This document shows positions 38,415 to 51,769 of a stretch of DNA of 64,000 bases, one piece after another. How positions within the stretch are numbered: position 1 is the first letter of the stretch; each line of letters opens with the position of its first letter. The notes under the pieces are model-generated. The model was not told the DNA's origin. It did no database searches and was given only the letters and a program-made list of their open reading frames with translations. The stretch spans positions 2,170,001 to 2,234,000 of the forward strand of contig NEEC01000002.1 of NCBI GenBank assembly GCA_002189035.1, written 5' to 3'. Source of the stretch: Utricularia gibba. Lineage: Eukaryota > Plantae > Magnoliophyta. The position numbers were made by a program, and so were the translations under genes.

Positions 38415-39937
38415 ATGGGCGATCGGTTTTACGACGAATTGGAATTCGCTTTGTCGTCCTGCACCATACGGAATGCAGGTGAGTGAGTGAAAGATGAATC
38501 CAGTGCGTTGTTCTGTTTGTTTGATGTTTTTCTTTATTATTGATGCTTTGGCTGATGCTGTGGTGGACAGAGGAATATGTTGATGAGGATGAGGAATCTG
38601 ACGGAGACTATGATGGGGAGGAAGTCAATGGTTTTGGGAACGGGGCAAAATCCGAAGATTTGGCGTGCCCTTTTTGTGCAGAGGACTTCGATGTGCTTGG
38701 TTTGTGCTGCCACATTGATGCCGACCACCGTATGGATGTAAAGTCCGGGGTAATTTCACAATTCCTATTCTGCTGTTTTTTTCCCTCTCAATGCGTTACT
38801 CGGACATGAATTAGTATCTGCGTTGTGACATCCACTTTATTTAAGAAATCAGATATGAAGTTTGATTCTACCCTTTGATGGTTGACTTGTTTTTGGATCC
38901 GTGGTTGACTTTGCGAAGTTTGTATATATGGCTCAAGTATTTGGTTATTTGATGGGGCAATGTGATCTTAGGGATTAGAAGAAAAACTCCGTTTTCTCCA
39001 CTTCCCATGCGGGAGAAAGAGTGTTTCTTTTGAATACACTGCAGAAACTTATATGCATCTTTTCTGCACAGGCATTGTTTCTGGAAGTTGTATCTTGCTA
39101 TTTTGTCTCTGGCCTTGGGTTTTATTAATGAAGGCTCCCCTATTGCAGATTTGTCCCGTTTGTGCTGCGAAAGTGGGTGTAAGCATGGCATCTCATGTGA
39201 TCACACAGCATGAAGACATTTTGAAGATATCCTTCCAATCCACATTTCATGAATCATGTGCATGGGTTTCTGCTGTTAGTTCTTTGACTGTTACAAAAAT
39301 TCATGATATTTGCCACTGCTGCTGCTCTCCTTGACTCGCCTTACGCTCTATGCCTCAAGAACCTTCGTAGCACCCGTTCACGTTCAGCAATATTTCTACT
39401 GAGGAGAGACTTGCAGGAGAAATATCTATGCATCATCAAGGATTCCCAACCCGTGGACTCATCTCGTGGTAAGGCGGTTGATTCGATGCTTGTGTCATTT
39501 GTCAACAGTCCACAACCAAGACGCCCAGCTCAGGAAGCTACCAAAGATGCTTCTGCCACTGAAGCCAGCTTGTCAAGATCAAACCCAAAAGAAGAGCCCT
39601 CAGAGAGGTTCGTATGCAGTTCTCCTACTCATTTCTTCTATTTATTGGCATTGCGTCTCGATGCACAACAGATTGACTGCATGCTCAAACATAACAGTTT
39701 TAGTGCACAAGGAACTAGTATTGTGCCATCCACATGTTCCACATCTGCTTCATTTAGATGGAGTTGATATGAATTAGTATTGGAATGTTTTCTACTGGTT
39801 CCCGTTTATGAGTAACACCGGTCCCTTTTTAACATGGCAGGTCAGAGCCACCGTCCTCAGACATGAACCACGAGAAAACAATGATGTCCGAGTTCTTGCA
39901 AGGGATTTTACTGTCCACTTTTCTTGCCGACTTCTAA
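38415..39937 (+). CDS. DI19: Dehydration-induced 19 (Di19) zinc-finger protein, multi-exon, contains a U12 AT-AC intron
   Basis: CPFCAEDFDVLGLCCHIDADH, ICPVCAAKVG..HVITQH, LLRRDLQE, C-terminal SEFLQGILLST. Confidence 0.93.
39227..39344 (+). other. U12-type (minor spliceosome) AT-AC intron in Di19
   Basis: 5' ATATCCTT at 39227; branch TCCTTGAC at 39328-39335; 3' AC at 39343-39344; removal keeps the frame (ILK|ALCLKN). Confidence 0.9.
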
Positions 39938-40306
39938 GCTGCTTGCTGCTGGAATAGGGAGTTTTTGGGCTTGCTCATTCATGGGAAGGACTCGGGAAAA
40001 ATTGTCATGATCTAATGTATATGGTGAATAATGCCTATTTCTGATGTTGTATCATTGTTTTCAGACCAAAATTCACTATTTCAGAAATAACGTACATGAA
40101 AGAACAAGACCAGACCAGAGTAGGCATATCAGATGGTTATCGTATAGCAAGATTGGGTAGTGTTAACAAAGGTCAATCTATGTGTGTCATCACGTGCTAT
40201 TTCTATAAGGGGAGGAGCCATGCTTCCTCATGCAAAAACAGCCAGACAGACAGAATGGTACCTTGTTGTAAAGTGTAGGTTTCAAGAAGCAGGGGTTTCC
40301 GGTGCT

Positions 40307-42590
40307 TTAGAGTGATGCTCGGGATCCCCGGTGAGAGTAGTGGCTTCGGAAGAAACGGAAGTCCGGTAGCGAGACCTGCATAGTCGCGAGCCATTTATCG
40401 GCTGCTTGCAAGAGAGACTCCTCCTGCTCACGTTCATGGGGTCAGTGGGGCTTACTAATGAGTCGTGGAGCTTGTATGAAGCAAGGGCAAACACTGGTAA
40501 TGAGATTCTGGGGATCGGGTCGACGATGCCACGGATCATTAGGCTGCCTGGACCGTGGAATAGAGCTGGCTGGTTAGCTGCAATGAGCACACCAAGACAC
40601 TTGGTTAAAAAATGCTTCCTACGCAATGAGAAGGAGAACAGAAAGCAAAAAGATGCACCTCGTGGTAGTGTGGACAAAAAATGAAAGGTTAAGAAAGATG
40701 CATCGATAACTTGCAGCGTTTGGCCTAAGGGAATTCTGTATATTGGATACCTGCAATGAGCAATTGAAATGATAAGTCGATGATCAACTCGGTATACATG
40801 ACCAATGAAATCCTTTGGCTCTGGAATATACCAAGCTACACACATCCAACTTGATGGGTGTAGATCAGAGCTCCTGCACTTACTTAGCTCAGGCGACTTG
40901 GATGCGAGTGCTGACATCTGTACACCGAAGGAGTTTGAAAAAGTTAGCTTAAGAAAATGAAGTCACACTGTCATAGATAGTTCAGCTGGGAGAATGACTT
41001 CCACATCTACCTGGTTATACAATGGTCGGCGAGTGTATGGTTGCTCATGTTCCAGATACTGGAAAAACGGCTCACCAGGCAAGTTATCAGCATCGTGAGT
41101 AGGTGTATTTACAACAGGGTTTCCGGTCAAAGATGGGTTCAGCCGCTGGACCTTCATATTTAGAGTAGGTTTTCCCGAGTTCTCTCTTTCAGAATCCCTG
41201 CTGCCAGATATACTTGTGGACGACCTTTGCAGCTCACCGTTGGGTTCCCTGAAAAAACATCAAAAGATACTTAGCTTTATAGGAACAAAAACAAAAAAAA
41301 CAAGATAATTTTATAGACTTAGGTGCTGAAGATGGTAAAAGGATACTTTTGAGATTGAATACAGAAAAAAAAAAGCAACAATTAGCTTTAAAAGGTATGA
41401 TGATGCATACAAGAAAGAAATCAATCCAAACCTTCTAAATTATGTCACACACGAGAAAAACTGTGATGGTTAGCGAAAGCACATTGCATAACAGAGATGA
41501 TCGTCACATGTATGAAAAAGCAGAAAAGTACACAAAAAAATAACGTTAAGCAGGAGGAAAACTGAATAAAGGCTTGACTGAATTCATTTAAAACATACAT
41601 AGATGAATTTGGCTTGTCCCTGTAAAGTTGTATGCCTGACAAGTAAGGAACATAGAATTGTTCAATATGTTCATGCCCATGTAAGAGCAAAGGTACTCCA
41701 GCGCCATACGCGCTCCACTCGCTGAAAGAATCCCAAAGGTCCTCCAAAAAATAGAAAGGAGCTGAAATCATGTTATGAGTCGTCTGTCGCCTCAAGCTCA
41801 CCTGTGCAAAGACCTGCTAACTTAATTTTACGGTTGCAATGAAGGATAGTAATGAGTGGTAGTATTTTCACTCATCTACCATTCTTTTTGCATCCTAACT
41901 AGGGATACATTACAAACTTATAAGAAAAATATGCTGAATGAAAGTTCCTTTTCTCCTGGTTATGTAATACGATCATCGCAATAGACGACTCTACGCATCT
42001 GAGTTCTTTCAGATGGCATGCGACCCGACATTACTTGATTGTTGATAACACATATGACTACCATTCTTGATATATCATCACGGGAGGATCAAAGAAAGAG
42101 CTCCTAATTCCTCAAGATTTCCAACGGCGGTACTGATTTAACAGTGGCAGAAAGGAAACTAAAAGCAATGCACACAAATAACCTCCCCAACTAACTGTGT
42201 GCCGATTTTTCAAACATGAACTTTGTGCAGTCAATGAAGTTATTCAAAAGAAAACACTAGCTTTCCGTTTTACTTGCCGTGGAAAATTGACGAGTAAGAC
42301 GCAACAAAGCAATCCGCGAATGATATACTCCCTTACCATACCTCCGATGATGAATGCCTCGCCTCCACGTAAGGTGTCACAGCTTCCATCAGACGATCTA
42401 AATTCGTAACAGCCGCCGACGATGCTTTCCCAAACGAACGAGCGACATTCAATGCCGCTGGCTTAGGTGAAGCATCGCCACTATTTATTGTCTCCGCCAA
42501 AGGTGGACTCGGTTGACGCCTCGCCGGCGGGGTGTAGAATCTCACACTTCCGTGTTTCGGCAATGCCGCGTATCTGCCGTTACTTGACAT
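40307..42590 (-). CDS. DUF789 family protein, multi-exon; apparent -1 frameshift at run 40438-40441
   Basis: [57 protein letters not shown]|[32 protein letters not shown]. Confidence 0.9.
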
Positions 42591-43009
42591 CGCTTGAGAT
42601 GCAAACAGAGCGGCGCGCCCTGGAAATTTGTCGACTACGAATTTCAAGAATTTCAAGATTTCGCAGACGGAGGCGAGGATTCACGTGAAGCCGGGAGCGC
42701 CTTTCCCGCACTTTTAATTGTTTTTAAATGGAATCTTATTTATAATTAGAATTATTATTATTATTATTATATTTAAATAAAATTTACCAAAGGGATGGAG
42801 CCCATGGGCCACATACTTGGGCTTTGTAACCCAATTAGAATTAAATCTCGTTCCATTCAAATTCATTGAAGTTTCACACGCTTGAACAAAAGTCTTTTTA
42901 AAAAATATATAAATATGAATTATTTTAATAGATTAAATACATTATAAAACAATTAAATGGCTACCTATGGCTTACATCTGTTTCTATACTATAGGTTGTA
43001 TTGTATATT

Positions 43010-44565
43010 TCATAATCCTTCCTTGTAGGGGACTCCTGTTTCCGGGAGCCACTGGTCGCCGATCAACAACTCCGACACGGTGAACTTCACGGCGTCCGCC
43101 GAGGTGATGACATGAAAGGCAGGCCAATTCACTCTTTGGGAAGTACCGGACCCCGGCCCAAAATTTTTATACTCTGCGAAATACGATGTACTCAGGCCAA
43201 AGTCGCCGGACTTTTTGCTCCAACCCGCCGGATTTATCAAATTACCCATGAAAGACTCCATGTAAATCGTTCTTGCGTACTGCTTCCACGGCCGGCCGAG
43301 ATAACACGGAACAGAATCCAACTCCGCGTCACCGGCGGCGAGTACATTACAATTCTGGAACGCGAAACCGGTGTTCTGGTTAGGGTCTGTTCTTCCATGA
43401 GCCGCGATGACGTCGTATTGGCCATGCAATGGCTGTCGAAGGTAAATGTTGCAAGCCTGAAAAACGGCGGCGGCGTTGCCGAAGACGAAATCGACGGTGC
43501 CGTAGATGTCGCAATGGGAGTAGAATTGGCGGAGGGAGAATGAGGCGAGGGTGTCTTGGTAGCCCTCGAAGCTGCACCGGTAGAATGCCGATCGGTCCGC
43601 CATGTTAAACAAGGCTACCGCCTGCATCTTTATTGCTCCGGCGGTGTTTCTGAATGTAATGTTCATCGCAACAAACCCTTCTCCCACCACCGCTGCATGT
43701 CATCCATCCATCAGATAAAATGAAAATTCTATCATTTAAAACGAAAATGAGAACGAAATTTCTCACTGAAAGTTGCGCCACTGAGGATTGTCCATCCATC
43801 ACCAACGCTGCGACTCCCGGTGATGACTGTTCGACCCACGCCGTCGCCGATCATCATGACGTACTTCTTACTCGCAGGAATCGTGATATATTCCTCATAC
43901 ACTCCAGCGGATACGCGTATCACGAAGAAGCCGTCCGCTACGTCAGAGTTCTCCGGCGCTGCATTTACGGCGTCGCTTATGGTATCGAAATCTCCGCTCC
44001 CGTCTCCATCGACCGTCACAACTTTCCCCACCACTACCTCCTCGGCGCCGTACGCTTCCGATTTCAACGGCCTTTTTCCATCCGCCAGTTCATCTCCAAC
44101 CATCGGCGGCAAGATGTTCGAAATTAACGCCAGAGCAACTCTGTTAAGAGCCGTAACGTTCCGCAACGGCGCCAAAACGCCGTACACCTCACTCGCAGGC
44201 ACCGTTTCCGTCTGCAGAACATCGCCGCACGCCTCCGAGTTAGTCAGCACAGCGCTTAGGAGCGAAACAACTTCTCGAATCCGAGAACTGTCGCCGATGA
44301 TCTCTGACGATCGAATCAAGTAATCGACGCTTAATCGCCCTAGAAACCTGCAGTCCTCCAACGCTCTAACGGCGGCTACCGTCAACCCTCTCGATTCCAA
44401 AAGATGTCGATTCACCAGTTCTTGCCATCCGCTGGCTGCCTCAATCGCTCTCCCGATCATGATTCCGCCGTCGTTGAGATCTCCGGTAATGCGAGCGGTA
44501 GAACCTTGACACCGTTGAACAAAGAGCAGCGGGACTAAAAGAACCAAAACAGTACACCTTTCCAT
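43010..44565 (-). CDS. PME: Group 2 pectinesterase with PMEI pro-domain, 2 exons
   Basis: GDFDTISDAV, AGVYEE, ITGSRSVGDGWT; NTAGAIKMQAVA, YQDTL, GTVDFVFGNAA, YLGRPWK, YFAEYKNFGPG. Confidence 0.95.
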
Positions 44566-45384
44566 TTTGCTGGCGAAAAGGTGCACTCACTCACAGCGTA
44601 CCAGCGCGTTCCATATATACACCACGCCAATCGTACAAGGCGTAGCAGAAATTCAACGGCAATTGAAGGGCAGAGGTCTGGCACCCTAAACGTAGAGCTT
44701 ATCATAGAACTATATAAACAATTGAGGGAGTCAATTTACTTATTTTACTATGCAAAAAAAGCTAATTTATGCTTATTTTTAATTAAAATTTACGTTTAAT
44801 GGTTTATAAGGTTCCTAAACGACCTGCGTAACATGTTACTAGCATCATGGATTCGTGGTAATATCATTAGTATCAACTTTCATGCAACTCATGAATTGGA
44901 TATTCCATTCTTACCTAAGTTTACATGCAATATTAATTAAATCAACATTGAAAAATAAACATATGATATGAAATATTAAATTTTGAAAAATTTATATTTA
45001 TTTTATTAAAAAAGGTATTTTTAAATTCATAATTCTTAATTAACTATATACATTGGACTTCGTGCTCCGCTACCCAAACGCATAATTGTGACATAATGTT
45101 GGAGTACTGGAAAACTATGCTTGAACGGTATTCCTTGGCTGTGATCATGTGCACGACGGACCACATTAGAAGTAATTTTGACTGGCTAGACGCGTGGCTC
45201 CTTGGTGTTTCAAGGCTTTGATGAACGGAAGGCAAAAATGTAGCATTGCAACATAAGGAGAAGAACTCTGAAAACGTCTGAATAAGTTGAAACACAGGGG
45301 AGAAGGAAAAGTAGCTAAGATGGGGGCAACCGTATGGCAAGGTACCTCCAATGGAAATGCGAAGGATTCAAGGGTAAGGGGGGA

Positions 45385-46648
45385 TCAGACCCTGAATCCC
45401 CTGCTGTTTCTTCTTCCTCTTGCGCGCTCAAACTTCCTTCCCTTTGATCTCACGTATGGCTTGGTGTGACTATGAGGAACGCCAGGAGCAGGCCCGAAGT
45501 GCCTCACTGCTTCACGTGCACTGCGGGAGCCTCTCAGTAAGACCTGCGTTCCAGAACCCGTCAGAGATCAATCGTGACAAGATGGTCATAGACTGGTCTA
45601 CAAAATCCTACTGCAGCCGGAAGGGTTTGAAACAGAGTATGAAGGGGGGGCTTCAAGCTGTTTAGCCATCAACTACAAAAGATCACTTCAGCACCGAAGT
45701 GGGCAGTCTTCAAAACACCAACAGGATTGCATCATGTAAAAGATTGATTTTGGGTAGGGGACCATAACAATGAGTTGACAAAAGGGTAACAGAAATTCAT
45801 TTCAACACTTCATATATGAAAATCTCGCATGAATAAAAGAGGTTATTGAAACAGCGCATGGTTCACCATTGGTGGAAAAAGAGGCTGAAAGAAGTAATTC
45901 TCTTTCAGGATAAGAAGAAAGATAGCATGAAGCATAAAAGGCCTTACCGTGTTCTGTCCTAATGGAGCTCTGAGAGCAAGCTGATCAAAAGTTAAGCATT
46001 CCCCGCCAGCGTTTTCAATTCGAGCTCTTGCAGTTTCGGTGAACCTAAGTGCGGCAACCTTCAGTGGAGGTACGTCATGGACCCTGACATCATCTGTGAT
46101 AGTTCCAACAAGAACCGCAATCTTGTCCTCCTGAGGATCAGATTCAGTCTCAGCAAAGAACCCTTTTTTTCATACACCAAAACGGGGCACAAAATCAAGA
46201 AAAAAAAAACGCAAGTACGAAATTAATTCATAATGCAAAGAACCTTGTTCTTCATGTGATGAATGAGACGTCCGAGGGACAACGGAGGCCTATTCACCCT
46301 ACTCATGAACAACCTCTTGAGCACCACCGCATTGAATCTGCTGCCGGTTCTCCTCTCAAGGAACCGATACAGCTACCACACCATACGGCAAACTAATCAG
46401 AAACTTCCACTACAAAATTCAGCATCACAAATCGAAAAAAAAAAAAAAACAAACAAACCTTTACTAAGAGTTTGAGGTAGATATCATTTGATTTCGGCGC
46501 GGTTCTCTTGGTCTTCTTGCTCTTCCCTCCGGCAACCAAATCGATGCCCTAAAATCACAGAGAAATAAAGACACCAATTAAACAAATCCTCGATGCAATA
46601 ACACCATATTCTGAAGGAAGAATCCACTCAACGTCGGTGGATTACCAT
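45385..46648 (-). CDS. RPL18: 60S ribosomal protein L18 (eL18), multi-exon
   Basis: M|[30 protein letters not shown]|LYRFL.RRT; [20 protein letters not shown]; [38 protein letters not shown]. Confidence 0.96.
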
Positions 46649-46713
46649 TCCTCCTCCTCTGCCGCCGCCGCTTCTACCTCAAATCGAAATGAGGGAACCC
46701 GACTTATACAGAC

Positions 46714-46840
46714 TAGGGTTTTCTCTTCGACGGTCCTTGGTCGCTTTTTCTTTATGCCAGTCCCTGGGCCTTCTTTTGGACGGTAGTCATAGGCCCGGTA
46801 GATTCTATTTGGGATCCATATAAGTAGTTCCATATGGGCC
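46714..46840 (-). promoter_or_regulatory. RPL18 promoter: telo-box plus site II motifs
   Basis: TAGGGTTT 46714-46721; TGGGCC 46765-46770 and 46835-46840. Confidence 0.6.
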
Positions 46841-47169
46841 GCGTTCTTCGCTTCACTCTTCTTAATAATTTGAGATCAATATTTAAAAAAATATAATTAA
46901 GTCTTTTTAAATTATGAATAATTTATAGTATGATTAGATTAAATTTTAATTATTTTAGTAATGATTTTAATGTTAAAAAAAATAAAAATAAGAAATTCTT
47001 ATAACGTCGTTTTAGCCTTTTGGTCATTACTTTAACAAGGGCATAACATGAAGAAGCTGCATGGGAGAGATAAACGGCGGAATCAATAACTAGAAAATCT
47101 GGAATCTGCGGGGTTGGTAACATGGAGGCCGGCATACACGTCAAGAATGACGAACAAAACTGTCTGAGC

Positions 47170-47762
47170 TTAATCCTCATCCTCTCCCTCCTGCTCGGCG
47201 ATGTTGAAGTATCGGAGCTCATAAACACTCCGGTCTTTGTTTGATGCAATCACCCGAAGCCAATCTCGGACGTTGTGCTTCTTCAAGTACTTCTTTGTCA
47301 AGTACTTGAGATACCTGAGGAGAAGAACAGTGATCAGAAAAAGAGGGAAGAGCTTGAAGAGAGACGGGCGCAGGGTACACGATCATGACAAATGCGCCAC
47401 AAAGGGATACATTTCTATCAAGGTTTGGGACGAATAAGGAAACAAACAGCAGCGCGGAGCCGAACATTGCCACTAGCTGCCGAGTGTAAGAATGAAGAAG
47501 GGAGCTACGAGACGAAAGCTGTGTTTTACCTTTTGGAAAAGGCGGAATCGGTTGTGACGGAAATCTTGTTCTTCTCACGGGAGATCGTGATGGATTCACC
47601 GAGAGCGCCAGTTTTCCCACCGACCTTAACTTTCTCCTGAAGAAACTTCTCGAGAGAAGCAATTTCCATGATCTTATCTTCCACCGGCTTCGAGCAATCG
47701 ATGATGAATGTGGAGGATTTCTTCCTCGCGCCTTTCGCTACCGCCACCGTGCCTTTACTCAT
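47170..47762 (-). CDS. RPL22: 60S ribosomal protein L22 (eL22), 2 coding exons
   Basis: [34 protein letters not shown]; FSKR|[38 protein letters not shown]. Confidence 0.97.
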
Positions 47763-48181
47763 CTTCGGTGTCTCGATCGCCGCCGGCTGGGAATCGCCAA
47801 ATTTGGCTCGGATTTGTTCGTTTTAGGGTTTTGTTTATCATCGCTATGGACGTCGGCTGGGCTGATCAGCCCCCTGGCTTTGCCGGTTTAAATGGGCCGA
47901 TCCGGCCCACTTGTTCGTCGTCGACAGAGATATGTAAACTAAATTCTAATTCTGAAACTCCCAAAATTTGGTATTCGGGTTTTTGAAAAATTCTCCCGGA
48001 GCTTGATCTCCCGCTCGTGCCTTAGTGAGTTTTGCTCTCTTGATTTTTCTTCTGCATTTCTGAAAATTCGTAAGAAGCTTGAATGTAGTCTTTGTTCTTT
48101 AATTCTTACACTGATAGTTCATTTCCAGAAGCGTGAATACGAGGCATATTTTGTTTGTATCGCCGGTTTTTTTAGTTCAAA
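47763..48181. promoter_or_regulatory. Putative bidirectional promoter RPL22/SmD2
   Basis: 419 bp between divergent ATGs; telo-box TAGGGTTT 47824-47831; inverted site II pair TGGGCC 47893-47898 and GGCCCA 47904-47909. Confidence 0.65.
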
Positions 48182-49118
48182 ATGAGGTAAGTTAATGTAC
48201 CAGTTTTCCTTGTTCACCTTTGGGGTGCTCCAGGCTTTTATTTTTGCCTCTGTTTCTTCGGGTGCCAGTCTTTTCTCTTCAATGGGTCTTGTCTCGGTTG
48301 ATTAGGGTTATCTTTTCTACCTTTTTTTTGTAATATGGAGGCTTGAGTATACGGATTTAACAAGACTAAAATTTTGTATTGCTTCGCTCCTTGCAGTCGT
48401 CCCATGGAAGAAGATAAGCCGGTACCCATTTCTTTTCCTTTTTGCCTCATTTATCTTCTGCGCATTCATTATAGCTTGAGTTAGCATTACTGTTGTTATG
48501 GAGTTTTAAATTAATTGTACCAACTGGATCGTGTCTATCATTTTTATCATGTGTTTTTTTCTTTTTTTTTTTTCCAAGTATCTGCGTTCTTGTTGGGATA
48601 GTTTATCTTAAGGTAGCTTCACTAATATGACTCTGTGCTGCTTGCAGTCAAAGAATGAGGAAGAGGAGTTCAATACTGGTCCTCTATCCGTTCTGATGAT
48701 GAGTGTTAAAAATAATACTCAGGTGCGAATTGGCTGACTTCATGAATTCTTTCATACGAGCATTCAAGTTTATTTAGCATCCGGGGTTTTATTTTTCTTT
48801 TATATTGCCGCCTGCAGGTGCTCATCAACTGCCGAAATAACAAAAAGCTCCTGGGACATGTTAGAGCTTTTGACCGTCACTGCAACATGGTGTTGGAAAA
48901 TGTGCGGGAGATGTGGACTGAGGTAGTTCTTGGCTGATTTTTCTCTGGCATACTTTGCGAAATTCTCGTCTCTTAATCCTATATCGACTGACTTTGTATA
49001 GGTCCCCAAGGCTGGAAAAGGCAAGAAGAAATCTCTTCCTGTGAACAAGGATCGTTTCATCAGTAAGATGTTTCTTCGTGGAGACTCTGTTATAATCGTA
49101 CTCAGAAATCCCAAGTGA
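48182..49118 (+). CDS. SmD2: Small nuclear ribonucleoprotein Sm D2, 5 exons
   Basis: MS|RPMEEDKP|[25 protein letters not shown]|[35 protein letters not shown]|[27 protein letters not shown]. Confidence 0.97.
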
Positions 49119-49711
49119 CAGGTATTGATACCAGTCTTGAATTGTCCCTTTTTGTGAATTGGCTGCCTCGCAAAAAGTATGATCCCTGTTGCTCTTTATC
49201 AATGTGTTTATTGCTCTCTAGTTGCATTCTGTTCTTTGCATCCGTCTGGGTGACACCATCTTAGCCCCATGCTGTGCTTCTGTATATACACATACCTGTC
49301 TCAACACAACTTCATGCGGCGTACTGATTCCATTTTTTTCCAAACTCAGTAGATGGAGATAGCTTGCTTCTCTGGATGCTGTGACCTCATTTACCAGCAA
49401 CTTTTGTAGTCTTGTAATAGTTCAAAGTTGTACGGTTTTCGCCTTTTGGTGACATGTGGCGTTCTGTTTTTACAAAGTCAAATGTGCTAACCTTAACTTG
49501 CTTGAAAATGATTATATACCATGCAACTGCAGCCAAAAGAAACAAACTACACGGCACTAACACTTCGTCTAGGATCCTGTCATTCCCCTCATACATGTAT
49601 TGCAGTTTTCAAAATGGGGATGTGATTCAAGCTAGCCAATAAGCCATACAAACAGAAAAGGATATGCTGTGGAACCCCCTGTAATGCCAATAGTGAGTTG
49701 AACATATGGTC

Positions 49712-51769
49712 TCATCTAGCAGTGGAGTCAATGTGGTCGCCAAGGATGCGCTGCCGGAAATCGGAGACCATCAAGGGAAGGCCCTCTTGCAGTGAGACTT
49801 TAGGTTCCCACCCCAGCAGCTCCTTCGCTTTCGTGATGTCAGGCTTCCTCTTGTGTGGATCATCTTCGGTGTTCGGCCTGAATTCGATCCTGGCATTTGG
49901 GTCGATTGTCGTTTGGACAACCTGCGACCAACAAGTCCCCCATGTTCAGCAGACAGCAAACCTGCCCACTCTTTTACTTGAGATGTAATGAATGCGAATC
50001 GCACCTGAGCAAGTTCAAGCATGGTGAATTCCCCTGGATTGCCAAGATTGAAAGGGCCGACATGATCCCCTTCCATCAGCCGCACCAGACCATCTACCTG
50101 CTCAAAGGTGATCATTCAGCTCTTCTGTGAGCAATTTATGGCGAAGTGCGAGTGCTCACCAAATCTGAGACATATTGAAAGCTCCTCGTCTGCTTCCCAT
50201 CTCCATACACAGTCAATGCCTCCTTCCTCAGCGCCTGAGGGTTCGATCAGACAGATCTCAGATTTCATTCAAGGTGTGTCTCCTGTTGTCTAGGCAACAA
50301 GAAGCAAACAAGGAGTTACCTGGGCTACGAAGTTGCTGACAACTCGCCCGTCGTCGATGCACATACGAGGCCCGTAGGTGTTGAAGATCCTAGCAATCCT
50401 CACCTAACACACAAAGCGTAAGTTTTTCTGGGTTCAACAAAGAATCAGTTACCCTTCTATTGTAATTCATTGACACTGTTCTTTGGTGCTCAGCTCTGGA
50501 GGATTGCAAGAGAAAACTCAGGAAGATGGATGGGGAGTACAATGGTGTACCTCAACCTCCGCACCGCGGTGGTAGTCCATGGTCAACGTTTCGGCTGTCC
50601 TCTTTCCTTCGTCGTAGCAGCTTCGGACGCCTGTTGCGAACACAAGGGAAAAAGAGGACACCATTGAGCTCCATGGAACAAAAACAAGACAAAATGGGGA
50701 GATCACAGCATCAGATCTCTGTTCACAGAGGGCATTAACTCGATTTCCACAAGCATCAGACACCAGCAATATCAAACACTTGCCCCAAGCACATTCAGAG
50801 GAAGTGTCCCTAGCAGAAGCTAACGCACATTTTACATGAACCACGACAAGGGGTCGATGAGCAGCATGATGAATGGAGCTTCAGATGTAAACCAGGTACT
50901 AAATCATCTGCGAGCGTATCTATACCATGTTCACTTTTATGAACTCACCAATTGGATTGACGTTGCCCCAGTAGGTTTCAACTTGCGGGTGTTGCAATGG
51001 GTCGCCGTACACCTCGCTGGTGCTCGTCAGCAGAAACCGGGCGCCGACTCTTTTAGCCAGGCCAAGCATGTTCAGCGTCCCGACTACATTTGTCTTGTGC
51101 AACAGGAATTAAGGATCTAAGACAATGCTTGATACAAACTATGGAGAGGAATGATGAAAAAGGATATGATCGTCTTGACGGGATTGTGCTTGTAATGAAC
51201 GGGGGAAGCAGGGCAGGCGAGATGGTAGATCTGGTCCACTTCCAGAAGAATCGGCTCAACGACGTCGTGTCGAATCAGCTCGAACCTGGGGTTCCCAAAA
51301 TGCTGCGCCAGATTCTCCTTCCTCCCGGTGAAAAAATTGTCAACGACGATCACACTATCGCCCCTGCTGATCAAACGATCCACCAAATGGCTACCAACGA
51401 ACCCAGCCCCGCCAGTCACAACGATCCGGAGACCCTTCGATTTCAAACCGAGCGGCACTTTTCCGACCGAGTTTATCCCGAAGCCAGACGATAAATGGCC
51501 GTTCTGGTACATTCGACGGTGGGGCTCGGCCCGAGATAACTCTGACGGAACGTAGCCGCTGGGAGAAGCACCCGGTTGTCGGAGAAAGGCACGGAGGCGA
51601 ATAAAACCGTGGCAATAGCAATACCCACGAACAGAAAAATCAAGCGCTGCTCCCGAAGAATGTACCGAATCGGACGAACAACGTGTAGCCATGGCTTATA
51701 CGGCTTGGGCGTGTAGGCTTCCATCGCCGGCACCGATTCATGGCCTCGGAATATCAAATCCGAACTCAT
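49712..51769 (-). CDS. UXS: Membrane-anchored UDP-glucuronic acid decarboxylase (UDP-xylose synthase, UXS2/4-like); apparent -1 frameshift at run 51561-51563; U12 intron
   Basis: TM segment [18 protein letters not shown]; [63 protein letters not shown]. Confidence 0.96.
51097..51167 (-). other. U12-type AT-AC intron in UXS (71 bp)
   Basis: Minus strand 5' ATATCCTTTTT starting 51167; branch TCCTTAAT 51115-51108; 3' TTGCAC ending 51097; removal restores conserved NPVKTI|[12 protein letters not shown]. Confidence 0.93.

Noticed and set aside
41339-41348. U12-like GTATCCTTTT on the minus strand in DUF789
   Set aside because: It lies inside an intron whose ordinary GT-AG ends already keep the frame; no exon ends at this site.
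45660-45780. Possible box C/D snoRNA in an RPL18 intron (ATGATGC...CTGA on the minus strand)
   Set aside because: Imperfect box C, no clear terminal stem and no rRNA-complementary guide I could identify; it needs snoscan to reconsider.
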